Assembly: GCA_030390025.1 (NCBI GenBank)
Contig: CM059453.1
Span: 7,192,001-7,256,000 of the forward strand
Direction of reading: 5' to 3'
Origin: Squalus acanthias
Lineage: Eukaryota
Length of the DNA: 64,000 bases
The notes under the pieces were generated by a model. That model searched no databases. It had not been told where the DNA came from and worked only from the letters and a program-made list of their open reading frames with translations. Positions 49,017 through 63,891 of this stretch are shown here, in pieces (positions within the stretch are counted from its first letter, which is position 1; every line of letters starts with the position of its first letter). Both the position numbers and the translations under genes were made by a program.

Positions 49017-52000
49017 ATAAGAACATAAGAAATAGGAGCAGGAGTAGGCCAATCGGCCCCACGAGCCAGCTCCGCCATTCAATAAGATCATGGCTGATCT
49101 GATCCTAACCTCATATCTAAAGAACACAAGAAGTAGGAGCAGGACCCGGTCACTCAACCCCTGGGACCGCTCCGCCACCCACAGGACCTTGACCGATCCG
49201 AACTCAGCCTCATGTCCAATTTCCTTCCCGCTCCCCTAACCCCTAATTCCCTTTACTTCTAGGAAACTGTCTATTTCTGTTTCAAATTTATTTCATGATG
49301 TAGCTTCCACAGCTTCCTGGGGCAGCAAATTCCACAGACCGACTACCTCTGAGTGAAGAAGTTTCTCCTCATCTCAGTTTTGAAAGAGCAGCCCCTTATT
49401 CTAAGATTATGCCCCCCTAGTTCTGGTTTCACCCATCCTTGGGAACATCCTTACCGCATCCACCCGATCAAGCGCCTTCACAATCTTATATGTTTCAATA
49501 AGTTCGCCTCTCATTCTTCTGAACTCCAATGAGTAGAGTCCCAATCTACTCAACCTCTCCTCATATGTCCACCCCCTAATCCCCGGGATTAAACGAGTGA
49601 ACCTTCTTTGTACTGCCTCGAGAGCAAGTATGTCTTTTCTTAAGTAAGGACACGAAAACTGCATGCAGTATTCCATGTGCGGTCTCACCAATACCTTATA
49701 TAACTGCAGCAATACGTCCCTGTTTTTATAATCTATACCCCTAGCAATAAAGGCCAACATTCCGTTGGCCTTCTTGATCACCTGCTGCACCTGCATACTA
49801 ACTTTTTGATTTTCTTGCATTAGGACCCCCACATCCCTTTGTATTGCAGTACTTTCCAGTTTCTCGCCATTAAGATAATAACTTGCTCTCTGATTTCTCC
49901 TGCCAAAGTGCATAATCTCACATTTTCCAATATTGTATTGCATCTGCCAAATCTCCGCCCACTCACCCAGCCTGTCTATATCCGATTGTAGGTTTTTTAT
50001 GTCCTCCTCACTTTCTGCTTTCCCTCCCATCTTTGTATCATCTGCAAACGTTGATATGTTAACACTCGGTCCCCTCCTCCAAATCGTTAATATAGATTGT
50101 AAAGAGTTGGGGACCCAGCTCCGACCCCTGCGGAACACCACTGGCTACTGGATGCCAGTCCGAGAATGAACCATTTATCCCAACTCTCTACTTCCTGTTA
50201 GATAACCAATCATCCACCCATGCCAGAATATTACCCCCAATCCAGTGATTTTTTTATCTTGAGCAATAATCTTTTATGTGGCACCTCGTCGAATGCCTTC
50301 TGGAAGTCTAAATACACTACGTCCACTGGTTCCCCTTTATCCACCCTGTACATTATGTCCTAAAGAACTCAAGCAAATTTGTCAGACATGACTTCCCCTT
50401 CATAAAGCCATGCTGACTTTGTCCTATTAAATTATGTTTATCTAAATGTTCCGTTAATGTCTCCTTAATAATAGACTCCAAAATTTTACCCACCACAGAT
50501 GTTAGACTAACTGGTCTATAATTTCCAGCCTTCTGCCTACTAACCTTTTCAAATAAGTGTGTTACATTAGCAGTTTTCCAATCTGCCGGGACCTTTGCTG
50601 ATTCCAGGGAATTTTGGAAAATTATTACCAAAGCATGCACAATCCCTTCTGCCACTTCCATCAAGACCCTAGGATGTAAGCCATCAGGTCCAGGGGATTT
50701 CTCCGCCTTGAGTCCCATTATTTTACTGAGTACCAATTCCTTAGTGATTTTAATCGTATTTAGCTCCTCCCCCCTTAGAGCCCCATGTTTGTCCAGTGTT
50801 GGGATATTCTTAGTGTCCTCTACCGTAAAGACTGAAACAATATATTTGTTCAGCATTTTTGCCATCTCCATGTTTCCCACCATTAATTTCCCGGTCTCAT
50901 CCTCCAAGGGACCTACGTTTGCCTTAGCCACCCTTTTTCTTTTTATATAATTATAGAAACTCTTGCTGTCTGTTTTTATATTTTTTGCTAATTTATTTTC
51001 ATAATCTATCTTCCCTTTCTTAATCAGTCCTTTAGTTACTTTTTGCTATCTTTTGAAGACTTCTCAATCTTCCATCCTCCCACTAAGTTTGGCTACCTGA
51101 AATGTCCTTCTCTTTAGTCGGATACTATCCTTAATTTCTTTACTTAGCCACGGATTGCTGTCATTTCTTTTACACCCCTTTTTCCTCAGTGGAATATATA
51201 TTTTTTGAAAGTTGTAAAGTAACTCCTTAAATGAACACCACTGCTCATGTACCGTCCTACACTTTAATCTATTTTCCCAGTCCACTTTAGTCAATTCCGC
51301 TCTCATACATCATAGTCTCCTTTATTCAAACTCAGTACGCTTGTTTGAGAACCAACCTTCTCACCCTCTAATTGGATATGGAATTCAACCATGTTATGGT
51401 CACTCATTCCAAGGGGATCCTTAACTAGGACATTATTAAATAATCCTGACTCATTACACAAGACCAGATCAAAGGTTGATTGCCCCCTTGTAGGATCAGT
51501 TACATACTGCTCAAGAAATGCATCACTAATACACTCAATAAACTCTTCCTCCAAGCTGCCTTGCCCAATTTGATTTGTCCAGTTAATATGATAGTTAAAA
51601 TCTCCCATAATTATAGCTGTTCCCTTATTACATGCCCCAACTATTTCCTGATTAATACTTCTTCCAGCAGAGTTGCAAATATTAGGAGGCCTATATACTA
51701 CTCCCACTATTGTTTTTTTCCCCTTATTATTCCTTATCTCCACCCAAACTGTTTCATTATCCTGATCCTTTGACCAAATAACATTTCTCTGTATTACAGT
51801 GATTCCTTCCTTTATTAACATAGCCAGCCCACCTCCCCTTCCTTCCTGCCTGTCCTTCCTGATTGTTAAATACCCTGGCATATTTAATTCCCAGTCGTTC
51901 TCACCCTGCAGCCATGTTTCTGTAATGGCCACAAGATCATACCCATACGTAGTTATTTGTGCCGTTAACACCGTCCATTTTGTTACGAATGCTACGTGCA

Positions 52001-52150
52001 TTCAGATAAAGAACGTTCAAATATGTTTTGTGACACTTAGTTCCTGCTTTTTCCTTTTTTAACACTTCACATTTTACTCCATACCTTCTGTCCCTTACTG
52101 ACATGCTTTCCTCTGTCTCCCTGCTCAGGTGCCCAAAGCCCTGCCACTTT
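49017..52150 (-). mobile_element. 5'-truncated CR1 LINE (subfamily B)
   Basis: Minus-strand APE/RT ORFs 49407-52001; 3' UTR matches 36927-37163. Absent from the homologous site at ~39670; flanked by agttgatg/agttaacg (possible TSD). Confidence 0.95.
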
Positions 52151-52291
52151 AGTTAACGGATGAGAAGCAAAAGAGATCAGAGAACGAGTGAACGAGAGAA
52201 TGAGAGTAGCGAAAGAGGAGATAGAGGAAGCAAAATCGCAATTTGAAGTCCTCAGAGAAACGTAATAGAGACCGCACTCTTTGACCTGACC

Positions 52292-55200
52292 AGGGGAAGG
52301 CACCAGCAGCCAGGTTCATGGCACCATGGCTGGCTCTACTGCACAGCAGGGCGGGAAAAACAGTGGTAGATCTATAGTGATAGGGGACTCAATTGTTAGG
52401 GGAATAGACAGGAGTTTCTGTGGCCGCAACCGAGATTCCAGGATGGTATGCTGCCTCCATGGTGCAAGGGTCAAGGATGTCTCGGAGCGGCTGCAGAACA
52501 TTCTGGAAAGGGAGGTTGAAGAGCCAGCTGTCGTGGTGCATGTAGGTACCAACGATATAGGTAAAATGCGGGAAGAGGTCCTACAAGCAGAATTTAGGGA
52601 GCTAGGAGCTAAATTGTAAAGTAGGACCTCAAAGGTAGTAATCTCTGGGTTGCTACCAGTGCCACGTGCTAATCAGAGTAGCATGAACAGGATAGAGAGA
52701 TTAAATACGTGGCTTCAGCAGTGGTGCAGGAGGGAGGGATTCAAATACCTGAGGCATTGGAACCAGTTCTGGGGGAAGTGGTACCTCTACAAAAGGGACG
52801 GTCTGCACTTGGGCAGGACTGGAACCGATGTCCTCGGGTTAATATTTGCTAAGGCAGTTCGGGAGGATTTAAACTAATATGGCAGGGGAATGGGAACCTA
52901 TGTAGCGAAACAGGGGGAAGTAATATGCAGTCAGAAACAAATGTTAGAAGAGTGAGAAACAATAAGGGAAATCCGAGTATACAAATGCAAGAGACACAAT
53001 GGGCCATACTAAATCATAAGTCTGAAAGGACAAAGGGTGTTAATAAAACAAGCCTAAAGGCTCTATGTCTTAATGCAAGGAGTATCCGTAATAAGGTGAA
53101 TGAATTGACTGTGCAAATTGATGTTAACGGATATGATGTGATTGGGATTACAGAGACGTGGCTCCAGAACAATCAAGGCTGGGTACTGAATATCCAGGGG
53201 TATTCAACATTCAGGAAGGATAGAATAAAAGGAAAAAGGGGTGGGGTAGCATTGCTGGTTAAAAAGGAGATTAATGCAATAGCTAGGAAGGACTATAGCT
53301 TGGAGGATGTGGAATCAATATGGGTTGAGCTGCAGAACACCAAAGGGCAGAAAACGTTAGTGGAGGTTGTGTACAGACCTCCAAATAGTAGTAGTGAGGA
53401 GGGGGATGGTATGAAACAGGAAATCAGAGGTGCATGCAAAAAAGGCGCAGCAGTTATCATGGGTGACTTTAATATGCATATAGATTGGCTACTCAAACTG
53501 GAAGCAATACGGTGGAGGAGGATTTCCTGGAGTGATTAACAGATGGTTTCCTATACCAATATGTTGAGGAACCAACTAGAGGGGAGGCCATCCTGGACTG
53601 GGTGTTGTGTAATGAGGAAGGACTAATCAGCAATCTTGTGGTGTGAGGCCCCTTGAGGAAGAGTGACCATAGTATGGTGGAGTTCACCATTAGGATGGAG
53701 AAGGAAACAGTTAATTCAGTGACCATGGTCCAGAACTTAAATAAGGGCTACTTTGAGGGTATGAGGCGTGAATTGGCGAGGTTAGATTGGCAAGCGATAT
53801 TTAAGGGGTTATCAGTGGAAGGGCAATGGCAGACATTTAGAGATCGCATGGATGAACTACAGCAATTGTACATCCCTGTCTGTTGTAAAAAATAAAAAAG
53901 GGAAGGTGGCTCAACCATGGCTTACAAGGGAAATCAGGGATAGTATTAAAAGCAAGGAAGCAGCATACAAATTGGCCAGAAGTAGCAGCAAACCCGGGGA
54001 CTGGGAGAACTTTAAAACTCAGCAGAGGAGGACGAAGGGTTTGATTAGGGCAGGGAAAATAAAATATGAAAGGAAGCTTGCAGAGAACATTAAAACGGAC
54101 TGCAAAAGCTTCTATAAATATGTAAAAAGAAAGAGGTTAGTAAAAACAAACGTAGGTCCCCTGCAGTCAGAAACAGAGGAAGTCATAATGGGGAACAAAG
54201 AAATTGCAGATCAATTGAACAAGTACTTTGGTTCGGTGTTTACTGTGGAGGACACAAACAGCCTTCCGGAAATAAAAGAGATCAAAGGATCTGGTAAGAG
54301 TGAGGAGCTGACGGAAATCCTTATCAGTCGGGCAAAGGTGTTGGGGAAGTTGATGGGACTGAAGGCTGATAAATCCCCAGGGCCTGATGGTCTGCATCCC
54401 AGAGTACTTAAGGAAGTGGCCTTGGAAATAGTGGATGCATTGACGATCATTTTCCAACATTCCTTAGACTCTGGATCAGTTCTGAAGGAGTGGAGGGTGG
54501 CTAATGTAAGCCCTCTTTTTAAAAAAGGAGGGAGGGAGAAAGCAGGGAATTATAGACCGGTCAGCCTGACATCGGTGGTGGGTAAAATGATGGAATAAAT
54601 GTTTAAAGATGTCATAACAGACCATTTGGAAAGTGGCGACATGATAGGTCCAAGTCAGCATGGATTTGTGAAAGGGAAATCATGCTTGACAAATCTTCTG
54701 AAATTTTTTGAGGATGTTTCCAATCGGGTGGACGGGGTGGGTACCAGTAGATGTGGTGTATTTGGACTTTCAGAAGTCCTTCGACAAGGTCCCACACAAG
54801 AGATTGGTGTGCAAAGTTAAAGCACATGGGATTGGTGGTAATGTGTTGACGTGGATTTAGAACTGGTTGGCACACAGGAAACAAAGAGTAGGAGTAAATG
54901 TGTACTTTTCAGAATGGCAGGCAGTGACCAGCGGGGTACCGCAGGGTTCGGTGCTGCGGCCCCAGCTGTTTACATTATATATTAATGATTTGGACGAAGG
55001 AATTAATTGTAATATCTCCAAATTTGCGGATGAAACTAAATTGGGAGGCAGTGTGAACAATGAGGAGGATGCTAGGAGGCTACAGAGATACTTGGACAGG
55101 TTGGGTGAATGGGCAAATGTATGGCAGATGAAGTACAATGTAGATAAATGTGAGGTTATCCACTTTGGTGGTAAAAATAGGGAGGCAGACTATTACCTGA

Positions 55201-55953
55201 ATGGTGGCAGATTAGGGAAAGGGGAGGTGCAACGAGACCGGGGCGTCATGGTACATCAGTCACTGAAGGTGGGAAGGCAAGTGCAGCAGGCAGTCAAGAA
55301 AGCAAATGGCATGATGGCCTTCATAGCAAGTGGATTTGAGTACAGGTGTAGGGAGGTGATGCTACAGTTGTACAGGGCCTTGGTGAGGCCACACCTGGAG
55401 TATTGTGTGCAGTTTTGGTCTCCTAACTTGAGGAAGGACATTCTTGCTATTGAGGGAGTGCAACGAAGGTTCACTAGATTGATTCCTGGGATGGCCAGAC
55501 TGACATATCAAGAAAGACTGGATCAACTGAACTTGTATCCTCTGGAGTTCAGAAGAATGAGGGGGAACTTATAGAGACGTTTAAAATGCTGACTGGTTTA
55601 GACAAATTAGATGCGGGCAGAATGCTTCCAATGTTAGGGAAAACTAAAACCAGGGGTCACAGTCTAAGGATAATGGTGAAGCCATTTAAGACTGAGATGA
55701 GGAGGAACTTCTTCACCCAGAGAGTGGGGAATCTGTGGAATTCTCTACCACAGAAGGTTGTTGAGGCCAGTTCGCTAAATATATTCAAAAGGGAGATAGA
55801 TATAATACTCACAACTAGGGGGACCAAGGGGTATGGCGAGAAAGCAGGAATGGGGTACTGAGGTAGCATGTTCAGACATGAACGCATTAAATGGCGGTGC
55901 AGGCTCCAAGGACCGAATGGTCTACTCCTGCATCTATTTTCTATGTTTCTATG
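52292..55953 (+). mobile_element. 5'-truncated CR1 LINE (subfamily A-like)
   Basis: Starts mid-ORF1 (GDSIVRG, VHVGTND, DGLHL); ORF2 fragments to 55861; tail ctatgtttctatg. Absent from the homologous site at ~39810. Confidence 0.95.
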
Positions 55954-58900
55954 CGTCGAGTGACTGGGAAGATCAAATAAGAAAATATTTCAAAAATGCA
56001 TCTGATGCAATTACTATCAACATTTCTCACCATAACTTCGTGTGGGCTTATTTCTAATGGAACCTGTCTGTGTGAATTGATCAAACTTTAATTACACCCT
56101 CCCGAAATTTCACCTGGGTGCATGGCCAGCTATGCGGGCGGAGCCTGATTGGAGCCAATTAAATCGTCCAAAAACAGCAGAAAGTCAAGCGTTGTCGTAA
56201 GTGAGCGGAAAACAGATTAACAGGACCTGTGATTTTTTTTTAGCCCAGATGCACAATCAGGGCTCATATCAAATACGTCTGAATAAATGATGGGCTGGAA
56301 ATACGCCTCCGACCCGCCAACCAATTACGAACTTACCTGCAGGATCCAGGCTGCCAAAAGTTGCGTTCTCAGGCCTCGTGGCGAAGGGGAGCGTAATTGC
56401 CCACGGGACGCCATGGGCAAAGGCGTTGCGGAAGCGTCCTTGGGAATCACATGGGCCTGGTCCTCCAATGACAAACGAGGATTCCATTGCAGTCATTCAC
56501 AAAGGGAATTCCCTAATGACATGCAGTGGAATCCCAAAAATGAAACTTACACAATTAACAGAATTGGAATTTTATTCATAATTACCTTCCTTCCACCAAA
56601 CTCAATGGGTCAGAATTTATGGTGTCTTTGACGGCATACGCTCAGCCTATGCTCTTCTAATCCTTCAGTTTGGATCCCGCAAATTCCTGGGCTACAAATT
56701 TATTGCGCATGCGCGTAAACGCGGAACTTGCGATCTGTCGAGGTACGCGTGGACAGATCTAAAAAAACCGACAGATAAATCACATTCGCTGGCGCACAGT
56801 TGAGCTATTTGCCCAACCACTGCCCAGCAATTGCCCACCAAACACTGATGGTCGGGAAACGCAGGCGTAGGGCCTGCTTTCACTTGTGAAACGGTTAAAA
56901 TAAATCTTGATTCAAAAATGTAAAAATAAAACAAAGATACACAGACACTTAAAATTCGTTTATGCTAATATTGGCCGGGCTTAAAATGTTTACAATTATT
57001 TTTCAAAAAAATATTTATTTGTTTCGTTTGGTGTGATTGAGGGACTTTAATTAAATTTGAAAAAATAACATTTATATTTATTAGAATTATCTGAATTGTA
57101 TAATTATTTGTGGATTGCGTTGCATATCATTAGTGGTTTCCCTTCGTAAATGACGGCAATGGAATCCGCCATTCTCATTGGAGGACCCGGCCTTCTCGAT
57201 CCCACAGACGCTCCCGGACTGTCTGCGTCCCTGGGATCCAGGAGCCTTTAGCAGGCGTACGCCGCGAGGCCAGGATCCGAATTCTCCATAGCTGTGAAGC
57301 CAATGGGCAAGTTCAGAAATGTTTCGCAGGTGTGCGGTGTACTCCGGAACTACGCCTCCGACCCCAAATTCAGGGCCAATAAAAATATATTTATATGATA
57401 CTAATGTCTTACATCTTCAAAACTGGTATCGGGCCAGTATTTGCATAAACACATTTAATACAGTGTATGTGCATACAATTTGGATTGTCAATTGTTTTAA
57501 TTGAGCCTTAGATATGTCCGTACACTGATGTACACAGGCTCTTTGCTTGCATCAACCGTAAGACTTACATGAGCAATTCCTGGGCAGTCGCTGGGCAAAT
57601 ATGCGGAATCAGCGCCAGCGATTGCATCATCAGAGCCCCTGCGGATGGCCAGTCAATACTTAGGATCACAGGTCGCAAGTACCAGAAATCTGGAATTACA
57701 GCGCATCTCAAAGTGATTAGGACTGCATACTCTGCCATCTCAGACACCGCAATTCCAGGGCTGACAACTTAAAATTATTTGGATCTCTCGCCAGATCTTG
57801 TCTGTGCGCATAATTATGGATCTCTTTAAATTAGCACCAGATTTTTAGGCGCCGAATTTTGCGACCCCTACTGGTGCGTACGAGATGTGTACGCACCCGT
57901 AGGAGCAGGCGAAGCGAATGCGCTAATACCCGGCACTTGCGATCTGTCAAAAATCTTCTTGACAGATCCTCCGCATCACCGGGAGATGGGCCCCTGCGGG
58001 TGGAGAGTTACGCTTTTTGCACAACTTACGCCCGCTGAAAGGCCATAGAATTCTTACGCCCAGTATAAGATTTTAAAATAACGTTAAAAATATTTTTTAA
58101 ATCATTTAAACTTTAAAAAATATTTGCAGTAATGTTAGGTTATTTTAGCTGATTTAAAACATTTAAATTTATTTTTCAAAAAATTTAATTTTTTTTTAAA
58201 ATATTTATAAAAATGGCATTTTAATTAATGTTATATATGTAATGGTTTTTCTTTATTTATTTCAGTGTGTTGGTGCATTTTTGTCGTCATCTCCATTCAT
58301 TCTTTTGACAGTTCTGTGCTGACGGAACACTCAACAGGATGAAGGGGGATTCCTTTCTTCCATTGGTTCGCCCAGCCCACGTTATCCCAGGGGCGCTTGC
58401 GAAGCGCATGCGCCCATTGGGATACCTGGGCCTCTGCGCATTAGAAGAGGGGGTCCCAGGATCGCAAGCCTCGGTATCTACGGAACCAGCAGGTAAGATG
58501 GTAGATATTTTCCCGATCGGAGGCATCGGCCCGCAGGAAGCCTCCGAACGGAAATTCAGGGCCATTGTCTCTGGTGTTTCTTTGCAAGCTTTTTTGGCAA
58601 CCTGGTCCCCGGTTGTGAGGGTTCATACTGTGGGCCAATGGATTTCAATAGATTAACAGACAGAGACGATCTTAGAAATAGTTTGTAAAATTGTTATTTT
58701 CAAACAATATATGAAAACATTTGAAAAGTTTCATTAATGAAAAATTCACACTGTCAAACCGAATACAATTAACTCGACTTTGGGAACGTAAATCAAAACA
58801 TGCGACCGGTTTTCTGAACGACCACCATTCTCATAGTCCTTGTTGCAATGCAAAGGTGTTTGATTTACTTTATGTCATCAGGCGTTTTAAAGTATTGTCA

Positions 58901-61037
58901 ATCTCAAGACCATCCGCGCTGACAGTATAACTCCTGTAAACTTTTAGTTCTGTTTAATTGCTGCATATTCGCAGGCCTCCTCATTTTGAATATATTTATC
59001 ATGTTTGCGATAGTTGGAGAAATTGACGGTCGCGTACGCAATCTCGTCATTCTGAGCTGGTTTAGTCGATTGTGCGTTGCCACGAGCAGCCTCTGCACAC
59101 TGATGGTCCCTCTGTAACAGAAGGTATTTGTGTTAGATTTGAAGTTATTGCAGATGTGGATCAGAATGCGATGGGAGTGTGCTGTCTGCAGCAGAACAAA
59201 TCGAACTATCTAATCACTGGTAAGTTTTCTAATGGTACTGATCCATGAAATGAGCGTTGTTAAGTCTTGATGCAAGAAATAAAAAAGTGAAATTGTATAT
59301 TCGAACGAGTCGATAAGGCCACTAAATTGGGAACCTATTTCAAAAAGCCATCACAGGTACTACGGGCCGAAATGTCGCTTTCTGTGCTGTAAAAATCTAT
59401 GATTCTAGGCTTCTAAATAGCATACTTGATCCGGGTTTTTATAAATTGAGGTACAGATTATGAAAACAAGGAAGATAGGCTGATCCTTTATACATCAGTG
59501 GTTATGCCTCGGCTGGAGTATTGTGTCCAATTCTTGCATAACACTGTCAAAAGGATGTCAATGCATTAGAGAGCGTACAGAGCTAATTTGCCAGAATTAT
59601 AGGAGGAATGAGTGACTGCACTTAAACGGACAGTCCAGGGAACCTGGAGTTGTTCTCCTTAGTGTAGAGAATGTTAAAGGGAGATTAGATATTGGTGATC
59701 AAAATTCTGAAGAATGTTGATACAGTAAATAAGGAGAGATTGTTTCCACTGGCAGGAGCTTCGCTAACCAGATAACACAGATTGAAGATATTTGGGTCAA
59801 GAACAAAATTAGAGGTGAGAAGGTTTTTTTTAACTCAGCGGGTTGTTGTGATCTGGAATGCACTTCTGAAAGGGCGGTGGAAACAGATTCAGTAGTGACT
59901 TTCAAAGGGGAAATGGATATATGCGTGAATGTGAAACATTAAATCAGGGCGAAGGGCAAAAATCAGTGTAGTGTGACTAATTATTTAGCTCTTTCAAACA
60001 GCCAGCACAGGCACCGTGGGCTGAATGGACTCTTTATGGGCTGTATGATTCTGTGATTATTAAGACCGAAGCGCTGCTATGCAATAATAACTTTTGTATT
60101 CCTGCCGCTATTGTAGGAAACATGCAGCAACCAGTTAATTGGATGAATGGCGAACTAATCTGTTTTAGCTGGTGTTCATTGAGGGACAAATGTTAGAAAG
60201 GGCACTGGGAAAACTCTCATCCGTCCCCTCAGTAGGACCATATGATCGTTTCCCTCCATAGGAGGAAACAAACGTGGCCTTGTTTAACATCTAATCGAAA
60301 GGACGGGTCTTCCGGCAATGCTGCACACCTTCAGTGTTGAAGTGAAGTATCAGCCCAGATTATAGGTTCAAATGCTGGGGCGAAGCCTGAAGCCAGAATC
60401 TTCTTACCCAAAGTTTTGGACCATGGAGACCACATCGGCAGCAAGATGCAATTCGGAAGTTGCAAATAAACTTGAGGAATGGCAACGATTATCCCCTCTG
60501 GGGTCGCTGACATTTTGTGATCTTGTTGGGCATTTAGCAGATGAGACCTAATTGGTAGGGGGGTAAGATGACATTGGCAAGGCATTCTTATATTGAGAAT
60601 TTGTTTTTTCAAGGAACGCCAAGGTGAGAAATACTCCCTAATTGGATTTAGTAGGTCACTACACGTAGAGTCTGTAGCTATGTTGCACTCTTAGTGACGT
60701 GAGGCGGTTAATCCTACCTTAATGGTCAACAAGTTTCTGATACACCAGTTTATCTGTTGGGTATTGCACGTTATGAGTCATTGCTGTTTGAAAGCACACC
60801 AAACATCCTTCAATTGTCAGCCCAGCTTGGCATCACTTACGTCAGCCTTTAGTGCGTACTGCACCCGACTGTAAATCACCAAATCATCGTGTGCTTCGGA
60901 GACACGTGCAGCTGCTCCGTGTTTCTTCCTGAATAGTAACAAATGCAAACGAGGCACTGCTCTTAATTAACTGGAATGTTTAATGAAAGCACACTGCGCC
61001 TGCGCGATGAAGGACGTCAGTAGGTCAGGAAAGACTT

Positions 61038-62774
61038 AAGAACATAAGAAATAAGAAATAGGAGCAGGAGTAGGCCATACGGCCCCTCGAGACTTTTCCG
61101 CCATTCAATAAGGTCATGGCTGAACTTCGACCGGAACTTCACTTTCCCGTCGGACCTCCATATCCCTTGATTCCCATTGAGTCCAAAAATCTATCTATCT
61201 CAGCCATGAATATACTCAAAGACTGAGCATCCACAGCCCTCTGGGGCAGAGAATTTCAAAGATTCACAACCCTCTGAGCGAAGAATTTCCTCCTCATCTC
61301 GGTCTTAAATGGCTTACCCCTTATCCTGGGACTATGCCCCCTATTTCTAGACAAACCAGACGGGAGAAACAACCTGTCAGCGTCTAGCCTCTCAAACCCC
61401 TTCAGAATCTTGTATGTTTCAAAGAGATCCCCTCTGATTCTTCTAAACTCCAGCGAGTATAGGTCCATTCTTCACAAGCTCTCATCATAGGACAGCCCTC
61501 TCATCCCAGGAATCAACCTAGTGAACATTCGTTGCACCGCCTCCATGGCAAGTATATTCTTCCTTAGATAAGGAGAACAAAACTTTCCACAGTACTGCAG
61601 GTGTAGTCTCACCAAGGCCCTGTAGAATTTTAGCAAGACTTCCTTACTCTTATACTCCAACCCCCTTGCAATAAAGGCCAACATACCATTGCCTTCCTTA
61701 TTGCTTGCTGTACCTGTATGCTAGCTTTCTGTGTTTCTTGAACGAGGACAGCCAAATCTCTCTGAATACCAACATTTGATAGTTTCTCACCATTTAAAAA
61801 ATATTCTCTTTGCTATTCACCATACGAAAGTGAATAACATCATATTTCCCGACATTATTCTACATCTGCCACTTTACAGCCCACTCACTGTGGGCCAGAA
61901 ATTCGGGTCTCCACGTGTGAGTAGGCGCTGTGTACTCACCCGTAGACCCAACGAAAGTGCCGGTTTCGCGCATGAACTGCACATGCGCTGGAAACCAGAA
62001 CTTCCTTCCCTTGAAGGAAGGGGTTCGGAGGTCAAATGCGTGCGCCGGAGAGGCAGCGCGCACTGTAATTATTTTTTTCAAAAATTTAAATTTTTGTTTA
62101 AACTAGTTAATTTATGCAACTTATGGTTATTTTCAAAATGTTACTGTTTTCTTAAGTTATTTGAAGTTTTAGTTCGGATTTGGGGGGTGATCTCTGTTTA
62201 TAGATTTGACAGGTCTTCCAGTCAAATCTATGAATGGAGATTCCCTGCTCCGATTGCCTTCCATGGCCCACGTGATCCCAGGGGACGGCTCGAACTTACT
62301 GCGCCCCTGGGATACGCAAGCACTGCACACCGCCACTGCAGGAGGCTCAGGACAGGAATCTCACGCGGGCCCACAGCACAACGGCAGGCGCGCAAGGTAA
62401 GTGAAGGTCGGGGGCTTGCACCCGCGGGAAGACTCCGACCCGAATTTATTTTCCATTTAGTCTATCTGTATCCCTTAGCAGACTCTTTGTGTTCTCCTCA
62501 CAGTTTACTGTCCCACCTAGCTTTGTATCATCAACACAATTGGATACATTACACTCGATCCCTTCATCTAGATCAAAATATAGATTGTAAATAGCTGAGG
62601 CCCCATTACTGATCATTGCGGCACCCTACTAATTGCAGCCTGCCAACCTGAAAAAGATCCGTTAATACCTACGATCTGTTTTCTGTCTGTTAACCTATCC
62701 TTTCTCCATGCTACTATATTACCCCCAACCCCATGAGCCCTTATCTTATGTAATAACCTTTTATGTGGCACCTT
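61038..62774 (-). mobile_element. Duplicate of the 4047-5782 CR1 fragment
   Basis: Near-identical at offset +56992. Confidence 0.9.
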
Positions 62775-63815
62775 ATGTCTTTTCCTTCTCCCGATTAGCA
62801 CAGACCAGATCTGCAACCCAATTCTTTTCAATTTCCACCAGCCAACATTCAAAAGGGAACATTTTACTTTATCTATGATAGGCATTAATATACGTTAATG
62901 ATACGGTGCTGATTGCTCTAGGTGAAAGTTGAGTGTGATAAATAACGGTCAGTGCGAGGTTTATTGATAATTTCAACCTGGGTAAATAGCAGATGCAAGT
63001 GTTTCAATGTGTAAACGCAGTCCTTTCTATTATTAGGTAGATCGCTTCAACACATTGGAGTTAGAAATTAGGAATACATAAATATTCATCATCAATCTTT
63101 TTGCGATCATTGAATAGTTGATATTATTAAGCATGGAATTGCCTTCTTTAAATATATCATGGTACAAGAAGGGTTAAAATCTAGCACCACTCACAAGAGT
63201 CTTCTGGCTCATGTTGCTGCGGTTGTTGCCGAAACATTGGCTGTTGAGGGGCGGCGCCTATCCGAGAAGCAACGTCATAGATTTGAATTGTATACATCCT
63301 GTCCGATTGGTAGAAGGATAAATTTGATTGGCAGCAGATTGTAAACCTAACTGGGTGTTATTTGAAATCACTTGGAGCCGGTCACAATTCTGAAGGTAAT
63401 TATCAGCCTGTCTATTAAAAGCAGCGAGTCTGTCTGGAGCTTTCAAAGAGAGTTGTCAGACCAAATAGCTCAAATCACTGGTAAGAATAAGATAACACGT
63501 GCAATATAAATAACTGCTTATATCAAATTTTAGCAGATCAATCACACCCAATTATGAAATATAATGTTCGACTCCTTGAGCCAAACAAACTTAAGAACTA
63601 CTGTAAACGTATGTGTCACGTTACTTTTACTATTTGCTTGTTGTTTTACTGTTTCCTGGAATAGCTTGATTGATAGAACTTCAGTGTCAATGTGGTGTAG
63701 TGTTATGCTGGGAGCCTGACATGGCAAGTAGGTTCGTGTGAGGCTGCCCATAAAACCACCAACAGAAACAAACTGAAAGGGATTGTATGCCCATTCTTTG
63801 AGCATGATGAAAACT

Positions 63816-63891
63816 TTATCCAGATTGCACGGGAAGCGTAAACACTCCCTGGCACACAGAGCGCCAGCGATCAGAAGTCCAAAAATGTCCA
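63816..63891 (-). CDS. Terminal exon of a second, near-identical copy of the Siglec-like gene (rest lies beyond the window)
   Basis: Matches 6824-6899 at offset +56992. Confidence 0.55.

Larger units (their letters stand above)
37303..60740 (+). repeat. Older tandem duplication: unit A 37303-45283, unit B 45281-60740
   Basis: Colinear homology after removing unit-specific MITE and CR1 insertions. Junction caagtttcTGAattactg joins the unit end to the unit start. Confidence 0.93.
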
